A DNA stretch of 64,000 nucleotides from a virus. The stretch covers positions 1 to 64,000 of IMG/VR virus record IMGVR_UViG_3300020196_000016; one strand, given 5' to 3'. The translations under genes and the position numbers were made by a program. Shown here piece after piece: positions 9,390 through 17,385 of the stretch; position 1 is the stretch's first letter; the number at the start of each line of letters is the position of its first letter. The notes under the pieces are model-generated. The model was not told the origin of the DNA, did no database searches, and was given only the letters and a program-made list of their open reading frames with translations.

Positions 9390-10516
9390 TTCTTTTTAAC
9401 TGTATAAGATAGGGAGTTTGCTTTTTCTTTACCGCTAACATCTGGGTCATCTGGATTTTGGCTATAAACAGCATATGGTTGTGGTTCAAGCTTTAGCCAA
9501 TTTGTTCCAGTGTGTTTAAATCTTGTTCCGCGAAGTTCTGGATTTCTTTCTAATTGCGGATCTGTTTCAAAAAATTCAATACGATTTCCGAAACCAAATC
9601 CATATTCTTTTCCTTGACTGTCAGTTACAGTATATGCATTGTTTAACATTTTTGCAAACTCTGGATATCCACCTTGTTGCAAGGCCGAATCATTGTGGTA
9701 TAGTTTGCTAAGGTAGTTGATGATACCAGCTTTTTGAAATTTGCCTTTTGGATAATAATCATATCCTTCTACTGTAACTGGTTCAGTTATTTGTAAAGGA
9801 TTCTCGACGTTCTTTACAACTGGTCTTGGTGATGCAACAGCGTATCTTGGAATAACAACTGATTTATCTTTCTCACCAATAAATTGTTTTATATCTCTCG
9901 TGAAATTAACATCATCTTTATTTGCAACTGTTAAAACGCCATTTATTTCAGCAGTTATACCAGCTTGCTTATCTTCTGCATTAACGTTATATAATATTTG
10001 TTTTAATTTTTTTTCTGCTTCAACTTTGAGTTTTCTTTTCTTTTCATTACTTGTCGACATGTTTGCAACAGCATTTGTTAATAATTCTGATTCACCGTAT
10101 ATAAAAATACGGTCAATTTCTTTTTTTATTTCTTCTTCGGATGCAGTTGAACCAACAAGTTTTGCAAATTCGGGTATATCTGCAATTATTCCTGTTAATG
10201 ATTGTTTCATTTTTGCCAACTTAAGGGCATATGCACGATGACGACCTTCGTGATAAACAACTTCTGCATTACCAGAATCGTCTACATTAACTGATAGTTG
10301 AACTTCACCAGCTTTTTTTGGGTCAAAGTCACCTTCAATTCTTTTGCCTTCAAATGCTTCATCTTTGATCATTTTCATTAATTCTGCATCTGTTGTTAAT
10401 GCGAGATAATCACCAACACGGAATTTAACTGGAACTCTTACATTTTCAAGCAATAATTGCCGTTTTGGTTTAGCAAAGCTATGCCAAGCATTATAAAACT
10501 GTTTGTAATTTGTCAT
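9386..10516 (-). CDS. Hypothetical protein with ParB/Srx-like motif
   Basis: HEGRHRAYAL; CTATTTAT motif just upstream. Confidence 0.65.
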   Translation of the reverse strand: MTNYKQFYNAWHSFAKPKRQLLLENVRVPVKFRVGDYLALTTDAELMKMIKDEAFEGKRIEGDFDPKKAGEVQLSVNVDDSGNAEVVYHEGRHRAYALKLAKMKQSLTGIIADIPEFAKLVGSTASEEEIKKEIDRIFIYGESELLTNAVANMSTSNEKKRKLKVEAEKKLKQILYNVNAEDKQAGITAEINGVLTVANKDDVNFTRDIKQFIGEKDKSVVIPRYAVASPRPVVKNVENPLQITEPVTVEGYDYYPKGKFQKAGIINYLSKLYHNDSALQQGGYPEFAKMLNNAYTVTDSQGKEYGFGFGNRIEFFETDPQLERNPELRGTRFKHTGTNWLKLEPQPYAVYSQNPDDPDVSGKEKANSLSYTVKKK

Positions 10517-10742
10517 ATGAAATAAATAGTCAAAAGCAAAAATCCCGGAAAAATTCCCAGGAAATTTTTTATAAGCCCGATTTTAGGAGATGTTTTATAA
10601 TTTTTGGAAATTTATAACGCAGTGCGAAAAGCAAAAGTTTACAAAAATTTCCCGTGTGTCGTGGGGGTACTAAGTACAGGAACAGCCCCCACCCGTCCAT
10701 GGGGGACATACATTCCGGTGTGAGGGGGATCACCCCGTTATA

Positions 10743-10931
10743 CTACACATTATCAGCGGGAATAAAATCGCAAACCTGATCGGTCAAGTGCTGAAACATA
10801 TCAGCGCATTCGGCAACGGTTGCGTGATCGTCTTCGTCAAAAGCCAAGAGGATACGGTTGTCGACCACCACAAGCGAATACATAAGAGCAATGTTGCAGA
10901 ACTGATCGGTGAGGCGTTGGTTGTTGTCCAT
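10743..10931 (-). CDS. Small acidic protein, probably leaderless
   Basis: ATG 6 nt after TTGACC-N17-TACAAC (10938-10966). Confidence 0.7.
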   Translation of the reverse strand: MDNNQRLTDQFCNIALMYSLVVVDNRILLAFDEDDHATVAECADMFQHLTDQVCDFIPADNV

Positions 10932-11012
10932 ACGTTTGTTGTAGCCCGCAGATCAGATCGGGTCAACAACAGATCAGGCGATCAGGTGATGCGGCTCACA
11001 ATCTTTTTTTTC

Positions 11013-11071
11013 TTGCAAGATTCATGCCAGCTTGCCCGAGCCGGTTCGGCGGGGCTGGCACGCACCTTGCA
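11013..11071. repeat. Double sigma54-motif palindromic element, copy 1
   Basis: TTGCAAGATTCATGCCA-gcttgc-CCGAGCCGGTTCGG-cggggc-TGGCACGCACCTTGCA. Confidence 0.9.
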
Positions 11072-11106
11072 TGCCGCCCGCCGTTGTGATTTAGATCAAG
11101 GTGTGA

Positions 11107-11454
11107 TCACGGTCGCTTGCTGGGCGCACCCGTGGCAACCAAGCCCATACCGGGGGCAAGCGTACAGCGAAGGGCAGCACGCGCAATCTCCAAGCCCGCA
11201 GCCGTAAGTTGCAGATTATTGGGATGCCCCTTGACAAGCCGACGAGCGCGCAAGCTGTCGAGGATACCGGGGCGAGCCATGAGCGGGTGACGCAGCGCAA
11301 GGAGATCAACGCTGGGGCGCAGACCGTTTTGTGCAGCGAAAGCGATATCAGCGATCACAGCAACCTGACGCGGGCCACACGTCGTGGTCGAACCGTAGTT
11401 GTGGCGAGCGAGGGTTTCGATCTTCTTGCGACGAGCGGCGACATTCTGCGACAT
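11107..11454 (-). CDS. Basic protein, possible winged-helix DNA binder
   Basis: LDSLRARRLV...LQLTAAGLEIA; promoter TTGACG-N17-TACGAT at 11538-11566. Confidence 0.6.
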   Translation of the reverse strand: MSQNVAARRKKIETLARHNYGSTTTCGPRQVAVIADIAFAAQNGLRPSVDLLALRHPLMARPGILDSLRARRLVKGHPNNLQLTAAGLEIARAALRCTLAPGMGLVATGAPSKRP

Positions 11455-11670
11455 TGTCTTGTCTCTCTGTTCGGGTTCTCTGACTCTGGCGCTACTTGCG
11501 GTGCCGGGGTCCGCTTACTTGTTCCGGCTATGCGCTTATCGTACACGGTGATCGCTAATCCGTCAACCATGACGAACGCGCAGATCACTTCGCCTTGTGT
11601 GCTCCGTCACACCGTCAGGTCTTGCGGGGGCTGGAATGATCTGTTAGTGTTCGTTTTCTTTTTTCTGCCC

Positions 11671-11729
11671 TTGCAAGTTCCATGCCAAGGTGCCCGAGCC
11701 GGTTCGGCGGGGCTGGCATGCCTTTTGCA
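11671..11729. repeat. Double sigma54-motif element, copy 2
   Basis: TTGCAAGTTCCATGCCA...CCGAGCCGGTTCGG...TGGCATGCCTTTTGCA. Confidence 0.9.
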
Positions 11730-11753
11730 TGCTGCCTGCCGTTGTGAGTTAGA

Positions 11754-12023
11754 TCACCACCAAGGAGGGAAGTCGGGCAAGGTGCGCATCAAGCGCATGT
11801 TTTCCATGTTGAGCTGCGTCACAGCGATCAAATGAGCGGCGTCACCGTCCCGGTTGTTTTCATCGGCCAGCGAGCGGTTGATCTCGCCCCGTTCGCTGTG
11901 ACGCACCGCACGACGGACACGGCGCTTTGCGAAACGACGAGCACCGGGGGTCGACCAGCACATCGGGCAGAGACAAGCGGAATGACCAGCGAGGTTTGTC
12001 AAGTGTCGGGTGTTGTCGTTCAT
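11754..12023 (-). CDS. Small Cys/Arg-rich protein, probably leaderless
   Basis: ATG 7 nt after TTGACA-N17-TAGAGA (12031-12059); CLCPMC. Confidence 0.6.
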   Translation of the reverse strand: MNDNTRHLTNLAGHSACLCPMCWSTPGARRFAKRRVRRAVRHSERGEINRSLADENNRDGDAAHLIAVTQLNMENMRLMRTLPDFPPWW

Positions 12024-12055
12024 GGTTTGATCTCTATCAGAGTGATCGGGTTGTG

Positions 12056-12274
12056 TCAACGGACAACGAGAACGGATCGCAGCCGCCCCTTGTGACGGAA
12101 GGTGCGCGAGGCGCAGACAGCGTTGTGATCGTCATCGTCCTCGTCAGCGTGCAAGTAAGCAACGAACGCAGCGCGATCCGCAACGGGATCACTATCCGAC
12201 AGATCCTCATCATCGGTCCAAACGCGGTTGGCTTCGTCCGGGGACAGCAGCGAGAGCGGGATCGTGGTGTTCAT
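12056..12274 (-). CDS. Small acidic protein, probably leaderless
   Basis: ATG 6 nt after TTGACA-N17-TACCGT (12281-12309). Confidence 0.65.
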   Translation of the reverse strand: MNTTIPLSLLSPDEANRVWTDDEDLSDSDPVADRAAFVAYLHADEDDDDHNAVCASRTFRHKGRLRSVLVVR

Positions 12275-12392
12275 ACTGCAACGGTAGCGGGAGATCACCG
12301 GGCTGTCAACCATCTCGCAGGTACTTGTTGTGTGCTGGATCACTTGCAGTGTGCCCCTCGCGGTGTTAGTGTTCGTTTTCTTTTTTCTGCCC

Positions 12393-12451
12393 TTGCAAGT
12401 TCCATGCCAAGGTGCCCGAGCCGGTTCGGCCGGGTTGGCACAGTTTTTGCT
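12393..12451. repeat. Double sigma54-motif element, copy 3
   Basis: TTGCAAGTTCCATGCCA...CCGAGCCGGTTCGG...TGGCACAGTTTTTGCT. Confidence 0.9.
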
Positions 12452-12484
12452 CCTATGACCTGAATCACACAATGTGCTATTGAC

Positions 12485-12512
12485 AAAAAGAAGCCCACCG
12501 ATTAGGTGGGCT
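12485..12512 (-). terminator. Intrinsic terminator
   Basis: AGCCCACC/GGTGGGCT stem followed by TCTTTTT on the minus strand. Confidence 0.7.
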
Positions 12513-12553
12513 CCCGTGCTATTGCTGTCCCTTGCGGGCTATGTATCTGCCGA

Positions 12554-12814
12554 TCAGTCGTTCTTATCCCAACCACGGGGAGCGACGATGCTATCGTGCG
12601 GAAACTCGCCGCAGATCGGGTGATCCAGATAGACCGACATGTCGCGGAGGATGCGATCCGACGACCCATCATCGTACCACGAAAGTTCGTACTCCAGATC
12701 ATCATCCGACAAGTCGGTGTCGCAGAAGGTGATCATGTCATCCTTCCAGACCCACGAATCATCCATCATGTAAGCAACGGGAATGTCAGCGAGCGAGCGG
12801 GTGTTGTTTGCCAT
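12554..12814 (-). CDS. Small very acidic protein, probably leaderless
   Basis: ATG 6 nt after TTGACG-N17-TACAGT (12821-12849); Asp-rich. Confidence 0.7.
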   Translation of the reverse strand: MANNTRSLADIPVAYMMDDSWVWKDDMITFCDTDLSDDDLEYELSWYDDGSSDRILRDMSVYLDHPICGEFPHDSIVAPRGWDKND

Positions 12815-12934
12815 GCGCTAACTGTATCGGGTGATCTCTCTGCCGTCAAGTCTGGTGCCGGTGTTGTGTGTGATACAGGACACTTGCGCTGTGCGGCTGG
12901 ACTTGTTAGTGTTCGCTTTTTTTCTTTTCTGCCC

Positions 12935-12993
12935 TTGCAAGATTCATGCCAGCTTTGCCGAGCCGGTTCGGGCCGGCTGGCACGGAAGTTGCA
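12935..12993. repeat. Double sigma54-motif element, copy 4
   Basis: TTGCAAGATTCATGCCA...CCGAGCCGGTTCGG...TGGCACGGAAGTTGCA. Confidence 0.9.
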
Positions 12994-13113
12994 AGACCCC
13001 TGCCGGTGATACAGATCACAGCGGGGCGCACACTATCAGATCACACCGGGGCAGTCAATAGGTTCCTGCGTGATAGGGCTCACAGCGTAGGGTGATCTCC
13101 ACGAGCGAGACGC

Positions 13114-13142
13114 TTGACGGATTAGTGATCGCCCGGTATGAT
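13114..13142 (+). promoter_or_regulatory. sigma70-type promoter
   Basis: TTGACG-N17-TATGAT with GATC in the spacer. Confidence 0.8.
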
Positions 13143-13202
13143 GACGCATCGCCGGTCGCGGTCCCGGTGAGACAGCAAACCAGATCGCTTGTGAGGCACG
13201 CT

Positions 13203-13601
13203 ATGTCGCAGAATGTCAATCCCGTTCGCAAGGTTCGCGTCACGTCGCAGCAAGTGGCTTTTCTCATGCTGACCGAGGGTACTGCTGCTGTGCAGAAGCT
13301 GCACAACACGCCCGGTCACGAGATCGCGGCTGCAACCTTTGACGGTGCGGTGGATCTGCTCGCTTCGCAGACCGAGGCCCGCAACGCTCTGGAAGCTCTG
13401 CGTCCGGAACTGCTGGGTGATTCGGAGCCCGGTGAGCGTGGTCGTCCCGCTGCAAAGATCGGTGAGGACCGCAACTATAAGGTCCAGCAGGTTGGCGACG
13501 GTGATCCCTTTATCCGTCTGCCCGTGAGCCTTCTCGGTGCTGTCAAGGGCGATGTGGTATCGGTCACGTTTGGCCGCGACGGGATCACGGTAAAGACTTG
13601 A
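13203..13601 (+). CDS. 132-aa protein with C-terminal AbrB/MazE-like swapped-hairpin domain, paralogue A
   Basis: YKVQQVG...FIRLPVSLLG...GDVVSVTFGRDGITV; GAGG RBS; same length as paralogue B. Confidence 0.8.
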   Translation: MSQNVNPVRKVRVTSQQVAFLMLTEGTAAVQKLHNTPGHEIAAATFDGAVDLLASQTEARNALEALRPELLGDSEPGERGRPAAKIGEDRNYKVQQVGDGDPFIRLPVSLLGAVKGDVVSVTFGRDGITVKT

Positions 13602-13651
13602 AGTCAAGCGGTTAGGGGTGATCCGCATCACAAAACCCCCGGTGGATGGTG

Positions 13652-13710
13652 TTGCATGTTTCATGCCACCCCGTCCGAGCCGGTTCGGCAGAGTTGGCAT
13701 GGGTTGTGCA
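13652..13710. repeat. Double sigma54-motif element, copy 5 (degenerate -12 boxes)
   Basis: TTGCATGTTTCATGCCA...CCGAGCCGGTTCGG...TGGCATGGGTTGTGCA. Confidence 0.85.
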
Positions 13711-13726
13711 TGCCGTCTGCCGCTAT

Positions 13727-13906
13727 CTAATCAAACTGCCACAACCAAAGGCCCCGTTCAAGATAAGAGCAAGCCGCATGCATGGCCTGCTTTTTATCAT
13801 CTTCGAACGGTGCATGACGGGCGAGGTGAAACGCCATAGCGATACACTCTTCGCGGGTTATTTCTTCGTTGTTAGGCTTTGACGGTGGGAGAAGAAAGCG
13901 AAGCAT
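13727..13906 (-). CDS. 59-aa hypothetical protein (below ORF-track cutoff)
   Basis: AAGGA RBS; MLRFLLPPSKPNNEE...WLWQFD*. Confidence 0.6.
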   Translation of the reverse strand: MLRFLLPPSKPNNEEITREECIAMAFHLARHAPFEDDKKQAMHAACSYLERGLWLWQFD

Positions 13907-13917
13907 GGTTTATCCTT

Positions 13918-14091
13918 TCACTCGTCGTTCAGTTCATCAAGCAGATAAGCGGCATAATCGTCCATCCAATGCAGCTTTGCCATGGCCACTTCCTTTTCAT
14001 CATGAGTGTAGCCTTCCGCGAGTTCCATCAGATAACCATCGCGAATCAGGGTTTGGATGGACGGGGTCTTGCGAGCGGTGTTGTTCGGCAT
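13918..14091 (-). CDS. 57-aa acidic protein, probably leaderless (below ORF-track cutoff)
   Basis: ATG 6 nt after TTGACG-N17-TAGAAA (14098-14126); MPNNTARK...DELNDE*. Confidence 0.7.
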   Translation of the reverse strand: MPNNTARKTPSIQTLIRDGYLMELAEGYTHDEKEVAMAKLHWMDDYAAYLLDELNDE

Positions 14092-14151
14092 GAGTTATTT
14101 CTAACACCCGATCACACCCGCGTCAACAGCAGATCTATTTTTTTTCTTCCC

Positions 14152-14210
14152 TTGCACAGATCATGCCAGCTTTCCCGAACCGGTTCGGCCGGGTTGGCAC
14201 GGAAGTTGCA
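14152..14210. repeat. Double sigma54-motif element, copy 6 (perfect core palindrome)
   Basis: TTGCACAGATCATGCCA...CCGAACCGGTTCGG...TGGCACGGAAGTTGCA. Confidence 0.9.
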
Positions 14211-14348
14211 AGGGGAGCCTGTGTGATGCTTGTCACAGCTTGTCACAGATCACAGCGGGGGCGCATACTATCAGATCGCACCCGGCCAGTCAAGGGGGAT
14301 CGGTGTGACCCTGCACACGCGATCTTGTGAACTCCCGCTGCGTTAGTG

Positions 14349-14377
14349 TTGACGGATCGGGTGATCGCGGGTATGCT
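14349..14377 (+). promoter_or_regulatory. sigma70-type promoter
   Basis: TTGACG-N17-TATGCT with two GATC in the spacer. Confidence 0.8.
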
Positions 14378-14454
14378 GTTCCTGTCCCGAGCGGTTGACG
14401 GCCACCGGGGACGCTAACTAACCGACCGTCGTTGCCAGAGACAAGGAAAAGACC

Positions 14455-14853
14455 ATGACCCAGAATACCGCTCCCGCTCGCAAGGTTCGCGTGACCGCCC
14501 AGACCGTTGCGTTTCTCGCCCTCACGGAGGGCACGGACGCTGTTAGCCGTCTGCATGCTACCCCCGGATCGGAGATTGCTCCCGCTACGTTTGACGCTGC
14601 CGTCGAACTTCTCGCAAGCCAGCCGGAAACCGCTGCCGCTCTTGCGGGTATGCGTGCCGATCTGTTCGGGGATGATGCGCCCGGTGAGCGTGGGCGCCCC
14701 GCTGCCAAGGTTGGCGAGTCCCGCACCTATAAGGTCCAGCAGGTTGGCGACGGTGATCCGTTCATCCGTCTGCCGGTTTCGCTCCTCGCCGCTGTCAAGG
14801 GGGGAACGGTCACGGTGACGTTCGGTCGTGACGGGATCACCGTCCGGGCGTGA
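14455..14853 (+). CDS. 132-aa protein with C-terminal AbrB/MazE-like domain, paralogue B
   Basis: Colinear with 13203-13601; AAGGA RBS. Confidence 0.8.
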   Translation: MTQNTAPARKVRVTAQTVAFLALTEGTDAVSRLHATPGSEIAPATFDAAVELLASQPETAAALAGMRADLFGDDAPGERGRPAAKVGESRTYKVQQVGDGDPFIRLPVSLLAAVKGGTVTVTFGRDGITVRA

Positions 14854-14896
14854 TCTGCGGTTGACAAGCCGATAGCCCCCCGGCTACAATAGGGGG

Positions 14897-15077
14897 CACG
14901 GTAAGCCGGTTTAGCTTCCCCCGGCGATGTAGCAACGGAAGCCAGAAACGAGGAGTCGCGGTGATCAGACTGTACGATTTAGGGGTGCGGCTTGCCGCCG
15001 CCAACCCATGCGACCGTTAGGGTCAGTGTCGCATGATGCTTAGGGGAACCCGGCCAGAGTGTGCCGGGTTTCTGTTT
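14897..15077 (+). ncRNA. Candidate small RNA (or 19-aa ORF transcript)
   Basis: TTGACA-N18-TACAAT (14861-14890), internal hairpins, terminator AACCCGGC/GCCGGGTT+T. Confidence 0.4.
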
Positions 15078-15091
15078 GTCAAGTGGGGATG

Positions 15092-15107
15092 TGTGATACA
15101 GATCACA
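15092..15107. promoter_or_regulatory. CRP/FNR-family box, perfect consensus
   Basis: TGTGA-TACAGA-TCACA. Confidence 0.7.
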
Positions 15108-15119
15108 ACGGCAGGAACC

Positions 15120-15178
15120 TAGCAAGTTCCATGCCAGCCCCGCCGAGCCGGTTCGCCAAAGTTGGCACGGGTCTTGCA
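15120..15178. repeat. Double sigma54-motif element, copy 7 (flanks inverted)
   Basis: TAGCAAGTTCCATGCCA...CCGAGCCGGTTCGC...TGGCACGGGTCTTGCA. Confidence 0.9.
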
Positions 15179-15204
15179 AGTCAACCGGTCATCGGTTTAC
15201 TGTA

Positions 15205-15263
15205 TAGCACGAACCATGCCAAGGCTCACAAACCGGTTCGGCCACCTTGGCACGATCTTTGCA
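15205..15263. repeat. Double sigma54-motif element, copy 8
   Basis: TAGCACGAACCATGCCA...CAAACCGGTTCGG...TGGCACGATCTTTGCA. Confidence 0.85.
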
Positions 15264-15310
15264 AGCGTTTTTTTCATGATACACCGTGACCCGGATCACG
15301 CGATCCCCCA

Positions 15311-15339
15311 TTGACAGCATGGTGGGCATGCGTTATGCT
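15311..15339 (+). promoter_or_regulatory. sigma70-type promoter facing a non-coding region
   Basis: TTGACA-N17-TATGCT. Confidence 0.6.
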
Positions 15340-15399
15340 ATGCGATCCCCCGGGTGATCCCTGTGTGACCGGGCGCACACCGGCAATCAACCGACTGGG

Positions 15400-16160
15400 T
15401 GGTTGTTTAGCTTGTATAGTGTATGATGAACCGGTGATTATCTATTGTGTATAGTGTATAGCGGGAGATAGGTGAATATCTCTCTATACTATACTCTATA
15501 CCTTCTTTATGTTCTTTATATATCCTATACTGGATATACTATTTCTATATCTGCCGGATTTTCTGTATATCAACCGCTAGATATAGGGCAATCGACCAGT
15601 ATAGCGCGTTGGGCCGATCATGTCAATCGGCTAACGTTATCCGTTTTTGTCTTGATCTACCGGTACCGGTGTGGTATAGTGGCGATGATGTGCCGGTTAT
15701 ACACAATATTTTATACTATCTACATTTTTTTGTATTTTTATTGGGTATTTTCTCTAACGGCTGACTAATTATTTATCTGGTTGTGTGGGGCTTTAATACC
15801 GCCACATTACAGAGTTTTTTTCTTTATTGCTTTATTCCAGCTATATACCGAACAACTTATATCTATATATAGCTATATCCAACAGTTCAGCACACTTAGA
15901 ACTTTTTCAATTAAATTTTAACTGTTTTTTTATCTAAATTTGAATCAAATTTTTTTGGTGTAGCTACCTCTTTATTTAGTTCAAATTTTTATTGTGGTTT
16001 TATTTGGTTCTTTATATATCGTTCTATATCTCTATAGGTTCTCTTTGTTATTAATATCTTTTTTTTATATCCCTTTTATTGCTTTATTTGTTAAAAAAAT
16101 TTGGGTCGGTTTTCGTTCTCGATTCTTTCTCTATATCTCTTTATTTATTTCTATTTTTCA
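15400..16160. other. Non-coding, T-rich low-complexity tract
   Basis: TATA/CTAT/poly-T rich with only implausible ORFs. Confidence 0.6.
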
Positions 16161-17319
16161 ATCAAAAATTTTTTATGGGGGGTGGAGGTAGGTGCTTCCA
16201 TGGTTTATTTATATCCATTAGTAATCCTGCTAATTCATAATGGGCATATACATACCGGTTTTGTTCTTTAAAGAATTTTATATATATTCTTTTTTTATTG
16301 TCTCTGGATAGTTTTACTTCTGTTATATATCCTATCTCTCCTTCTGAATCTATTAGGATATCTCCTGGTGTAAATGTTGTTGGTTTATTCATATATGTTT
16401 ATTATTTCTTTATTGAATATCTCTCTAATATCTTTCTATCTATAAACTTATCTAACTCCTCTTCATCATAACTTTCCTTTATATATTCTCCTACTGGAAG
16501 GTTTACCCATGATTCTAATAGGTACATGGTTGAACCATCCCAGTCATACCATATCTTTATTACTGTTGATAGTTCTTCTTTATCATACTTCCATACCATT
16601 ACATCTCCGATATTGTATTTGGTATGTTCTTTAAACTTCATTGTTTATCTTTTTGTCTATCATATACTCTTTTATATAATGTTTTTTATTCTCCATTCCC
16701 GCAAATATAATTGTGTATATTCCACCTGTAATATTATCAGTTGATGGTGTTGCTTTTATTATTATTCCTATTTTGCCCATATAGTATTCTTTATATAAGA
16801 ACTTCTCTATATCCAACTGTTCATCTGGTTCTGGATAGCTATCTATTGTTTTTATTATATCTCCCGGTTTATACTTCATTCTATGTTCTCTTTTATCTTG
16901 TATTCTATCTCTTCTTCATATACAAGATGTTTTTTTCCTTCTATGCCCGCAACTAATACTTGGTATATAACAACAGGATATTTTGTTGCTTTGGCTATAT
17001 CATATACCGGATCAGTTGTCCCCAGTATTATTCCCACTTTGTCTCGGAATATCACATAGTCATTATAATTCATTTTCTTTATCTTGACTATGTCTCCCAC
17101 TTGATATTTCATATATTCTTTCTATTATTAATCTTTCTAATACCCATATTGGTTCATTTGGTTTTCCACATATAAGAATTCTATAATCAACTTCTTCATT
17201 CCACATTCTGCTTTTTATTATTATTCCTATCTTCTCCTCATATTGTGTATTGATTGTCTTTACAATATCACCTATCTGATATTTCATTTTCTTTCGCCAT
17301 CATTATTCTTCTATCTAAA

Positions 17320-17385
17320 TCACTTTCTATATCCCAATACATAATCAATATAAACAATATCACCAATATTATATTTGTGTTTCAT
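17320..17385 (-). pseudogene. Truncated array member
   Basis: MKHKYNIGDIVYIDYVLGYRK* stops after 21 aa. Confidence 0.6.

Larger units (their letters stand above)
10650..15400. other. GC-rich regulatory and small-gene island
   Basis: Abrupt shift to visibly high GC, many GATC sites, repeated intergenic modules. Confidence 0.9.

Noticed and set aside
11013-15263. CRISPR array or integron attC sites
   Set aside because: Repeats are 59 bp, spacing is irregular (26 to about 900 bp) and spacers contain genes. There are no cas or integrase genes and no RYYYAAC/GTTRRRY ends.
10784-15289. Many overlapping ORF-track ORFs in the island (e.g. 11209-11835, 11927-12463, 13122-13700)
   Set aside because: They are GC-rich shadow frames that run through the repeats or lie antisense to genes with clear promoters.
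10650-15400. Island as an inserted IS, prophage or host fragment
   Set aside because: No mobility or housekeeping genes and no target duplication seen, and promoter features match the rest of the window. A chimeric assembly cannot be excluded without reads.
15472-16191. ORFs 15472-15768 and 15994-16191
   Set aside because: Tyr/Phe/Ile-rich translations of low-complexity DNA, likely spurious.
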